A stretch of DNA of 21,933 nt from assembly GCA_046757165.1 (NCBI GenBank), contig JBHHXT010000068.1, positions 1 through 21,933 of the forward strand, given 5' to 3'. The notes under the pieces were generated by a model. That model was not told the origin of the DNA. It did no database searches and saw only the letters and a list, made by a program, of their open reading frames with translations. Both the position numbers and the translations under genes were made by a program. Positions 1-6,386 of the stretch are shown one piece after another (position 1 is the stretch's first letter; the number at the start of each line of letters is the position of its first letter). The DNA comes from a bacterium (GTDB lineage: Bacteria > Zhuqueibacterota > Zhuqueibacteria > Oceanimicrobiales > Oceanimicrobiaceae).

Positions 1-317
1 TAATGCCGCCGCAAATCAACAACACCCTCCGCCGGAAAATCCGGAAAGATCACCAAGGTCAGGAGATACAACATCGCCATCCACGAGAAATCCAACAAAA
101 ACAAGAAGAAGTCGTAGGTCCGCTCCTGCTGCGAAAGGGCGTTGAACCACAAGCCAAGGTATAACATCAAAAGAACTACTAGCCAGACAAGGTGAACCCA
201 GTAGATGTTGATTCTTTGGCGGTACTTCAGGAGCTGGCCGATGCCCTGCAAGAGTTGCGCTACCCCAAGGCCGATGATTATGAGAAAGAAGACTGCGACA
301 TACTCGTAAAGCGTCAT
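1..317 (-). CDS. Hypothetical multi-pass membrane protein (3' partial, runs off window; absent from ORF track)
   Basis: Manual translation from ATG at 317: MTLYEYVAVFFLIIIGLGVAQLLQGIGQLLKYRQRINIYWVHLVWLVVLLMLYLGLWFNALSQQERTYDFFLFLLDFSWMAMLYLLTLVIFPDFPAEGVVDLRRH..., open to the window edge. GGAG RBS just upstream; three hydrophobic segments; resembles a widespread 'EY..V..IIIGLG...YWVH..W...DLR.HY' hypothetical family. Confidence 0.8.
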   Translation of the reverse strand, partial: MTLYEYVAVFFLIIIGLGVAQLLQGIGQLLKYRQRINIYWVHLVWLVVLLMLYLGLWFNALSQQERTYDFFLFLLDFSWMAMLYLLTLVIFPDFPAEGVVDLRRH

Positions 318-367
318 TGGCGATGCTCCGTTGTTTTACGTAGACGATGTCTATATTGAAAACGGCC

Positions 368-520
368 TTAGTTTTCTTGCAACACCTGCAATGCCGCCTC
401 CAATATGCTGTCTTTCCCCGCGTCCAGATCCGCTTCACTCATGAAGATTTCAATATCCGGCGGAATGCCGACCTTTTCATAATTGACCATCTCGTGAGAA
501 AAATATCTTTCGTTAGAGAG
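368..520 (-). pseudogene. C-terminal remnant of an S41-family peptidase
   Basis: Frame 520->368 reads LSNERYFSHEMVNYEKVGIPPDIEIFMSEADLDAGKDSILEAALQVLQEN*, matching the typical S41 tail (..SNE.Y....YE..GIPPD....D...D..LE.A). The frame is closed shortly upstream, so the rest of the gene is absent. Confidence 0.65.
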
Positions 521-864
521 ATGGGCACAGTAATCGCATTGCCCAGGTAATGGTTTTCATGCGGGTGCGTAAAGGTGTTGTTCCAGGCCGGGTCTTTGTC
601 ATCAATTGGGGAACGCGAGTACTCAATGCCAATCTCGAATCTCCTCGAGCCAAGAGGTTCTGCAGGCGATAGTAATTTAAGAGAACCAATCAAGCTGCCC
701 TGTTTGATGAATTTCCGAAACTGACTCTGCGTCAGGGAAGGATCCAGCTCAATCGAGCAGTTATTGACGGCAGGATTGACATGCAGGTCTTGCGCATAGG
801 ATGCCGTAATGAGTAGAGAAAAGATCAGGACACTTACGATTCCAGGTAATGTTTTGGCTTCCAT
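439..864 (-). CDS. Secreted/outer-membrane hypothetical protein (DUF6588-like), probably C-terminally truncated at ~525
   Basis: AGGAGG RBS; signal peptide ending SYA-QD. The sequence looks protein-like through ...HYLGNAITVP, then runs out of frame across the S41 remnant. Confidence 0.55.
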   Translation of the reverse strand: MEAKTLPGIVSVLIFSLLITASYAQDLHVNPAVNNCSIELDPSLTQSQFRKFIKQGSLIGSLKLLSPAEPLGSRRFEIGIEYSRSPIDDKDPAWNNTFTHPHENHYLGNAITVPISLTKDIFLTRWSIMKRSAFRRILKSS

Positions 865-1015
865 GATGACCTCCTTTTGTCGAGCATGGTATTTGTTATC
901 CTTTTTTACCTTTCAACCTGAATTATTCCCAAATCGTCATTTCAAGCTCAAACTGCTCAGACGCCTCCCTTCATTTTTCTTGATAAATTTGTTTGATAGG
1001 TCGCTGCCACCCTGA

Positions 1016-1360
1016 TCATTCTTCAGTTTGCAGCAGCGTTTTGAGTCTGGCCGCCAGCACTTTCTTTGGAACCGCTCCAAGAATATGATCGATGACTTGA
1101 CCTTCCCTAAAAAAAAGGAAGGTAGGCAGATCTCGGATGCCATACTGTTTAGCAACCCGCTTAGAGTCGTCAACATCTATCTTACAAAATTTGATTTGCC
1201 CCTTGAACTTTTTGGCCAACTTTTCTATCATGGGCGCCATCATATGGCAGGTGCCGCACCAGTCAGCGGCAAATTCCACCACCACAGGTTGTGCACACTC
1301 GAGAACTTCTTTTTGGAAGTTGGCATCGGTCAGTTTTGTATTTGTTGACTCATCGTTCAT
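1016..1360 (-). CDS. trxA: Thioredoxin with atypical WCGTC active site
   Basis: LTDANF..EV...PVVVEF.A.WCGTC..MAP...LA...KIDVD...YGI..LPTFLFF..G. Start set at MNDE (1360) because the ATG at 1396 overlaps the sigma-54 promoter-like motif. Confidence 0.9.
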   Translation of the reverse strand: MNDESTNTKLTDANFQKEVLECAQPVVVEFAADWCGTCHMMAPMIEKLAKKFKGQIKFCKIDVDDSKRVAKQYGIRDLPTFLFFREGQVIDHILGAVPKKVLAARLKTLLQTEE

Positions 1361-1395
1361 AGACTCTTTTTGTCCTTGTTTCGAGTCTTTGAACA

Positions 1396-1411
1396 TTCAC
1401 CTTTCGTGCCA
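1396..1411 (-). promoter_or_regulatory. Putative sigma-54 (-24/-12) promoter
   Basis: Minus strand TGGCACGAAAGGTGAA versus consensus TGGCACG-N4-TTGCW: perfect -24 element, variant -12 (GTGA). Lies 36 nt upstream of the trx ATG. Confidence 0.6.
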
Positions 1412-1510
1412 AAACAAAAAAGCCATCCGGGGCACGCTCCAAATGGCTTATTATATTGATATTACCGTTAGTACAATTACCTTATCGGTTCTTCAAAAGG
1501 TTGAAATATG

Positions 1511-1548
1511 ATTCCCAAAATACTGGAAATTCCCATTATTTTGGGAAT
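1511..1548. promoter_or_regulatory. Putative bEBP upstream activator sequence (inverted repeat / tandem palindromic boxes)
   Basis: Perfect 12-bp inverted repeat ATTCCCAAAATA (1511-1522) / TATTTTGGGAAT (1537-1548), about 100-140 bp upstream of the sigma-54 motif. An IHF-like TTTCAA-N4-TTG lies at 1494-1506 (minus). Confidence 0.5.
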
Positions 1549-1580
1549 TTGTGGCAGCTCATTCTTCTTCTGGTAAGCTC

Positions 1581-1685
1581 TTAGGGTAGGTTTGAAATTG
1601 TATCGTAGGCCCGCTGAAGTGTCGCCAGTGGAAGGAATAGTTCTAATGGATTTTCCGGTAAGGGTATGAAACCAAATTGCTCATA
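1581..1685 (-). pseudogene. C-terminal remnant of a GNAT acetyltransferase toxin (TacT/AtaT-like)
   Basis: Frame 1685->1581 reads YEQFGFIPLPENPLELFLPLATLQRAYDTISNLP*, the characteristic 'FY..FGF..LP..P..LFLPL' end of GNAT toxins. It sits directly behind a DUF1778 gene. Confidence 0.75.
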
Positions 1686-1950
1686 ATTCCTTATAGGCTT
1701 TCATCGCATCTAATAGTTTCTTGTTGGGTGCAGGTGGATTTTCGATTGTTTCAAAGAAAGTATTTGCGCTTTGCAACGCCAACCTGATAACCCGCTCACG
1801 TTCAATAATCGATTGTGCTTTCTCAAAAGCCGACTGCACGAGAAACTGGTTGACTGTGGCTCCGGTAAATTCAGCAGCCTGGATTAGCGTATCATAAACC
1901 TGTGTAGATACCCGTGCGGATACACGCTCAGTTTTCTTGAGTTCTGACAT
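1681..1950 (-). CDS. DUF1778 family ribbon-helix-helix antitoxin (TacA-like), 89 aa
   Basis: MSELKKTERVSARVS...LIQAAEFTGATVNQFLVQSA...A..IIE.E.VIRL....FFE.IENPPAPNKKL. GAAGGA RBS before ATG 1950; the ORF-track extension to 2103 is spurious. Confidence 0.9.
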   Translation of the reverse strand: MSELKKTERVSARVSTQVYDTLIQAAEFTGATVNQFLVQSAFEKAQSIIERERVIRLALQSANTFFETIENPPAPNKKLLDAMKAYKEL

Positions 1951-1991
1951 TTTTATTCCTTCTGTTGATGAAGTTGTTGAAAAAATCTCAT

Positions 1992-2061
1992 GCAAAGTCG
2001 TGGAGGCGTAAGGATTTCCATAGAGGTCCCTTTGCATCCTGGCGTCTTTGCCTGCGGCTTG
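1992..2061. repeat. Degenerate REP-like inverted repeat (GCAAAG.CG...CGTCTTTGC type)
   Basis: GCAAAGTCGTGGAGGCGTAAGG...CCTTTGCATCCTGGCGTCTTTGC forms an imperfect long hairpin in the intergenic space. Confidence 0.4.
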
Positions 2062-2108
2062 CCGTACTGGGAAAACAATCATTTGGTGCCAAAATGGCAA
2101 CAAAAAAT

Positions 2109-4439
2109 TTATTTATCCCGAGTGATACCCAGTTTTTTCATCCTCGCATCCAAGGTAGTGGATTTTATCCCCAAAATCTTTGCGGCGCCTTTCTCTCCAC
2201 TCACGCGCCAACCGGTCAACTCCAGAGCCTCGATAATATGGTTTCTCTCTGTTTCTTCCAGAGTAGAGATAGGTGACGCGCAAGAGGGAGCGCTGGTTAT
2301 TGGCAGCCAATCCCCCAATTCGAGCTTCTTGCCCTGACTGATAATCACGGCCCGCTCAATAATATTCTCCAACTCCCTGACATTGCCCGGCCAATGATAG
2401 TCCCGCAGCCTATCCATCGCCGTTTGGGTGATGGTTCTGAGCCGCTTGCCGCTCCTGGCGCCATATTTCTTGATAAAATGGTTGACCAACAAGGGGATAT
2501 CTTCTTTGTGTTCTCGCAGCGGCGGGCATGTGATCGGAAAGACATTCAGCCGGTAATAAAGATCCTCACGAAAATGGCCGTTCTCGATTTCTTGTTCCAG
2601 CTCGCGGTTGGTGGCGGCGATCACGCGCACATTGACGGTCAGGGTCTTGACGCTGCCCAGGCGCTCGATCTCGCCTTCCTGCAAAACGCGTAACAGCTTG
2701 GCCTGCAGTTCCGGCGGCAGGTCGCCGATTTCATCGAGAAAAATCGTGCCGCCATCGGCCAGCTCGAAACGCCCGATTTTGCGGGAAAGGGCGCCGGTGA
2801 AGGCGCCTTTTTCATGGCCGAACAGCTCGCTTTCGATCAGGGTTGCCGGCAACGCCGCACAATTGACTTTGACCAATGGCCGGTCTCCGCGGGCGCTGAT
2901 GCTGTGCACCGCACGGGCGACGAGCTCCTTGCCGGTACCGGTTTCGCCCAGGATCAGCACCGTGGTATCGGTAGAAGCGACCTGCTCCACTTTGCGCAGC
3001 ATGCACTTGAGCGCCTCACTACAGGTGATGATCTCGCCGAAGTTGTGCTGAAGTTTGATTTCATCCTGCAAATAGACGTTTTCGGCATGCAGACGGTTTT
3101 TTAATCGTTCCACCTCGGACAGCGCATTTTGCAGCGCTTCGGCAGCCCGGGTCTTTTCTCCGACCTGAAAGGCAAGCTCTTTCGTCTGTGCTTCCAGTCT
3201 CGAGCTGATCCTGGCGAAACTGCGCGACAGAAACACGGACATCGAAATCATCAGGATCAATATGGCATAGAGAGGCGTCGGGAACTCTTCAAAAACCCAC
3301 GGTTCCGGTACGACTTCCAGCGCGATCAGAAACCAATAGGCTGCCGTGAGCGCGAGCGGTATCATCCCGAGCAAGATGATCCAACTGCCTTCAAACAGGA
3401 GCTTGCGTTTTCTGAGCCAGGCCGCGGCAAGCGCTCGCAGTATCTCCACAGAGGCAGCCATATAGAATATGATGAGATACGTTTCCGCCATCAAAGGTCT
3501 GAACCAACCCCAAACGGTCAGGCTCGAGCCAATCAGGAAAAAAGCGATGAAGAGTCTGGGGAGCCTGGGGTAGATGAGCGAATAGGTCAATCGGATAAAG
3601 GATAACATCGTGAGCGTGAACGCTGTGTTTCGCACGATCAGGACAAAAACCGAATTAGCTGGCTCCGTTATGAAAAATAGTTGGAACCAGAAATAAACGG
3701 TCAGAGCGAAAAAGGTGGTATGCGCAGCAAAGTAAAGATTTGGTCGTAGCCGGGGATAGTACAAAAAGAGCAGGAAGTGCAACAAAGCAAAAGCCAGGGA
3801 CACGCCCATCAGCAAGATCTGGTGAATGGTCAATCTTCTTCTGAAATTCTCGCGTTGGGCGCGCACCCGGTCCAAGTCGTCGATGGTGAAATCAAAGCCT
3901 GCTGGAAAGCCCGACCAGACAGGCGATTCCAGAAAGAAGTTTGAATACCGAATGGCAACGACATGGCGCGACTTACCCTTGACCGTGCCTGCAGGGGCGC
4001 GAAAGGAGATGACCCGGGGCCCGGGATAACCCGCACCCACAACATCAATGTAGGGTTCCTCTTGCTCTTTCGAACCCCCGACCCGGCCCCATCGATGAAG
4101 CAGCTGACCATCTAAATAGAATTCGGCCGCGCCGCCGACGACTTGTAAACGTAAGCCCAGCGGAACATCCCAGAGCGTGGAATCGACTTCCAGCACCAGA
4201 CGGAACCAGCCGATGCCCGGCCAGACGTCGCGTGGGAAGGTGTGAATGTCTATCTGCTCCCAGTCACTGTCATCGAATTCCGGGTACGCCCAGGCAATAT
4301 CGTCGCCCGCGTGGAACCGATAGAATTCCTGGAAGATAACCTTCTCTTCTATTTGTGCCCGGACTGGCTGGGCCGTTAGAACAAGAAAGCAGCAGAAAAG
4401 AAAAGTCCGAATGTGATATTTTGTATATTTTGTATCCAT
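2109..4439 (-). CDS. Membrane-anchored sigma-54-dependent transcriptional activator (periplasmic sensor + ~7 TM + AAA+ + Fis HTH)
   Basis: Signal peptide (VRA-Q); beta-sandwich-like domain (GDD..WA.PEFDDSDW, GIGWFR); about seven hydrophobic helices; coiled coil (RLHAENVYLQDEI, FhlA-like); Walker A GETGTGKE; ESELFGHEKGAFTGA; FLDEIG; FREDLYYRLNVFP; WPGNVRELEN; C-terminal HTH GAAKILGIKSTTL. Confidence 0.93.
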   Translation of the reverse strand: MDTKYTKYHIRTFLFCCFLVLTAQPVRAQIEEKVIFQEFYRFHAGDDIAWAYPEFDDSDWEQIDIHTFPRDVWPGIGWFRLVLEVDSTLWDVPLGLRLQVVGGAAEFYLDGQLLHRWGRVGGSKEQEEPYIDVVGAGYPGPRVISFRAPAGTVKGKSRHVVAIRYSNFFLESPVWSGFPAGFDFTIDDLDRVRAQRENFRRRLTIHQILLMGVSLAFALLHFLLFLYYPRLRPNLYFAAHTTFFALTVYFWFQLFFITEPANSVFVLIVRNTAFTLTMLSFIRLTYSLIYPRLPRLFIAFFLIGSSLTVWGWFRPLMAETYLIIFYMAASVEILRALAAAWLRKRKLLFEGSWIILLGMIPLALTAAYWFLIALEVVPEPWVFEEFPTPLYAILILMISMSVFLSRSFARISSRLEAQTKELAFQVGEKTRAAEALQNALSEVERLKNRLHAENVYLQDEIKLQHNFGEIITCSEALKCMLRKVEQVASTDTTVLILGETGTGKELVARAVHSISARGDRPLVKVNCAALPATLIESELFGHEKGAFTGALSRKIGRFELADGGTIFLDEIGDLPPELQAKLLRVLQEGEIERLGSVKTLTVNVRVIAATNRELEQEIENGHFREDLYYRLNVFPITCPPLREHKEDIPLLVNHFIKKYGARSGKRLRTITQTAMDRLRDYHWPGNVRELENIIERAVIISQGKKLELGDWLPITSAPSCASPISTLEETERNHIIEALELTGWRVSGEKGAAKILGIKSTTLDARMKKLGITRDK

Positions 4440-4543
4440 AACTAGCGGAGTATCCCCCCGCGAGTCAGGCCAGAAGAAAGGCCGTCACACAGCCTTATTT
4501 CACTGGAGATGAATATTCTTTAGATGGGTCAGCTTTCTGTAAA

Positions 4544-4572
4544 AAGATAGCCAATCCAGGATGTATTGTCAA
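4544..4572 (-). promoter_or_regulatory. Putative sigma-70 promoter for the bEBP gene
   Basis: TTGACA-17 nt-TATCTT on the minus strand, about 105 nt upstream of ATG 4439. Confidence 0.6.
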
Positions 4573-4610
4573 GAAACAAACAACGGACGGGGGAGTTCGG
4601 GGGGATAGGG

Positions 4611-4635
4611 AGGGTTGGGGTTAGTCCCCAACCCT
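4611..4635. repeat. Hairpin (REP-like or terminator-like) downstream of the endonuclease remnant
   Basis: AGGGTTGGGG-TTAGT-CCCCAACCCT, a 10-bp perfect stem next to a G-rich tract. Confidence 0.5.
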
Positions 4636-4643
4636 GATGACGT

Positions 4644-5141
4644 TCAAATTATTCTTTTCAAATCGTCTACAAAATGCGTCATTGGCCGGACATAGTCTTT
4701 CATGCCGGGATGTTTTTGGGCTCGCCTTAGCTTATGACTGTCATCCGACAAATCTTTGTCATAAGCAACCACATGCCACAATTCTCGAATTTTGTGTCTA
4801 TTTAGCAAGTCTAAATCGGTTGTATAAGCCTGTTTCCAGCGTTCTCGCAAAGTTCGCTTGCAGGAAATGCCTATGATCCATCGATCTTTTGTCTTAATCC
4901 ACTTGTCAATTTCTAATCCAGTTGCAAAATGTTCAGGGGCATGGGTTGTTTTGATCTCAAAATAATTCAAAATCAAGCTTGTCGTTCCCTCCACGCTTCG
5001 GCCAGCACGGCCTTTTCGCTTTTGTCCAACTCTTCTCTCAAATTCCTGACAAAAGGCAGTCAACACAACATCAACTTCTTCTTCATTGAGCCAATTACTT
5101 ATCTCTGCTCTCAACTGTCCGAATGACTTAACCTGGATTAT
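4644..5141 (-). pseudogene. Type II restriction endonuclease fragment, CCGG family (EcoRII-C/SsoII/PspGI-like)
   Basis: Motifs RKGRAGRSVE, EID, ISCKRTLRERWKQ. No ATG or RBS; in-frame stop just upstream of 5141; only ~165 codons; AT-richer than the flanks; no methyltransferase nearby. Confidence 0.7.
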
Positions 5142-5205
5142 TCACAAGAGATTAGCAAATATTCACATAATCGCTTGATTATGCAAAAACTTAGCGGAAT
5201 AAAGA

Positions 5206-5253
5206 GGAGTGCAACGCTTTAGCGTTGCATGAAATGCTAAAGCATTTCACTCC
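5206..5253. repeat. REP doublet (two inverted hairpin units)
   Basis: GGAGTGCAACGCTTTAGCGTTGCA followed directly by the inverted copy TGAAATGCTAAAGCATTTCACTCC; each unit is itself palindromic. Confidence 0.7.
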
Positions 5254-5281
5254 TTACGTGCTGACCCTTGCTGTGAGAGAT

Positions 5282-5518
5282 TCATGAATTATCCAAGTTA
5301 ATGATTTGTTTTCTCTCGACTGCCATACAGCCCTTCAAACCAATGGCGTCCAAAATGTTGATAAGATTTGCTAGACCGTGTACGCCTTGTTCTTTCAAGA
5401 TCGCATCTGCAACTGATTCGACAAAGGAGTTATCATCGCTGGGTATTTTTCTTAAAGCCTCGTTGATCGGGATCATTATTCTTTGACAAGTGAACGCAAG
5501 TATTTCGTAGTCTTTCAC
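5282..5518 (-). CDS. Small hypothetical protein (start uncertain, possibly frameshifted)
   Basis: 78-aa helical-looking ORF co-oriented with its neighbours. The best RBS (GGAG) precedes ATGATG at ~5549, which is in another frame. Confidence 0.4.
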   Translation of the reverse strand: MKDYEILAFTCQRIMIPINEALRKIPSDDNSFVESVADAILKEQGVHGLANLINILDAIGLKGCMAVERKQIINLDNS

Positions 5519-5592
5519 AGATGTTACTCTTTGGGATCCTTCTCATCATGTTTGTCTCCCACGCACACGCGTCTTCCACGATTTGCTCCACG

Positions 5593-5898
5593 TCATGGCT
5601 GACACAAACAGAACGAGCCCAGGGAAAGAGTTCGTTTTGTCAGGGATTCGCACGCCTCATCGAGGGCCTTGAACTCTTTCGCAAACTGGCAGCGAAACGT
5701 CTCACAAGCTTTTTGGGATGCCCAGTAATTGATCGTGACATAGCGCTGTTTGTTCTCCAGGTTACTGTGCAGTTCCGTGCCCTGGTAGCCGTCTCCTTGT
5801 TTGAAAAGCTGCACCCATTTTCCGTTTATGCCATAGGCCGCTTCAAACTCTTGTATGCGATCGTTTTTGACATGATATTCCAACATATACATGTACAT
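5593..5898 (-). CDS. Antibiotic biosynthesis monooxygenase (ABM)-like dimeric alpha/beta barrel protein
   Basis: EY.VK......FE.AYG..G.WVQLF....GY.GTEL.......RYVTI.YW.S pattern; GGAGGA RBS before ATG 5898. Confidence 0.75.
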   Translation of the reverse strand: MYMYMLEYHVKNDRIQEFEAAYGINGKWVQLFKQGDGYQGTELHSNLENKQRYVTINYWASQKACETFRCQFAKEFKALDEACESLTKRTLSLGSFCLCQP

Positions 5899-5967
5899 GC
5901 GTTTTCCTCCTCTCTGCAAGCAGTATTCGAGGTGTGGTAGAATCCCGTCTCTCCTTCGGATAGAAGC

Positions 5968-5993
5968 CCCGCCCCTGAGTGCTCAGGGGCGGG
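5968..5993. repeat. GC-rich perfect hairpin nested in a larger imperfect inverted repeat (REP-like or terminator)
   Basis: CCCGCCCCTGAG-TG-CTCAGGGGCGGG, flanked by CTCTCCTTCG...CGAAGGGTGAG; lies downstream of the DUF6504 gene. Confidence 0.55.
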
Positions 5994-6033
5994 AATCGAA
6001 GGGTGAGGGGGTGAAATGGGGCTCGAGGAAACT

Positions 6034-6288
6034 TTATCCTTGCAGATAAACCCTCGCTAACTGCCAGTTGAAATCTGCTGTATCGAAAACCAGCTCAAAA
6101 CAGTCGGGCGTCTGAGAAGTCACTGAAAAATGGTAGCGCCGGTTCAAGCCTTCCTGCACCGACCAGGAGCTGTTCACGCGTGTGATTTTATACACATTTC
6201 CCTTCCATTTGAAGCGCAGCGGATGGAGCTTCCCTTGCTCAAAAAACGTAATCACTTCGATCGGTTCATGAATCTCTTCGTATGACAT
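6034..6288 (-). CDS. DUF6504-like small protein downstream of lexA
   Basis: EPIEV.......P.RF.WKG..Y.I..V...W....G.....HF.V......FEL.FD.....W.L pattern, typical of small proteins next to SOS genes. Confidence 0.7.
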   Translation of the reverse strand: MSYEEIHEPIEVITFFEQGKLHPLRFKWKGNVYKITRVNSSWSVQEGLNRRYHFSVTSQTPDCFELVFDTADFNWQLARVYLQG

Positions 6289-6386
6289 GGCTTGAAGCTA
6301 TTCCCATCGGAGCAAAACCACGCCTGACTTTCATAATTAATTAAGATGAACGAGTGTTGGTTTGGCAAAATGAACAGACCGAAAAC

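Noticed and set aside
16..438. 140-aa minus-strand ORF in the track
   Set aside because: Wrong frame: it overlaps the S41 remnant (368-520) and the better membrane-protein ORF starting at 317, and its composition is not protein-like.
1951..2103. N-terminal extension of the DUF1778 ORF
   Set aside because: Runs through a repeat and a palindrome; the RBS and family-typical start are at 1950.
1581..6020. Integron cassette array
   Set aside because: No integrase in the window; the hairpins are unrelated to one another and I found no RYYYAAC...GTTRRRY attC core sites at gene ends.
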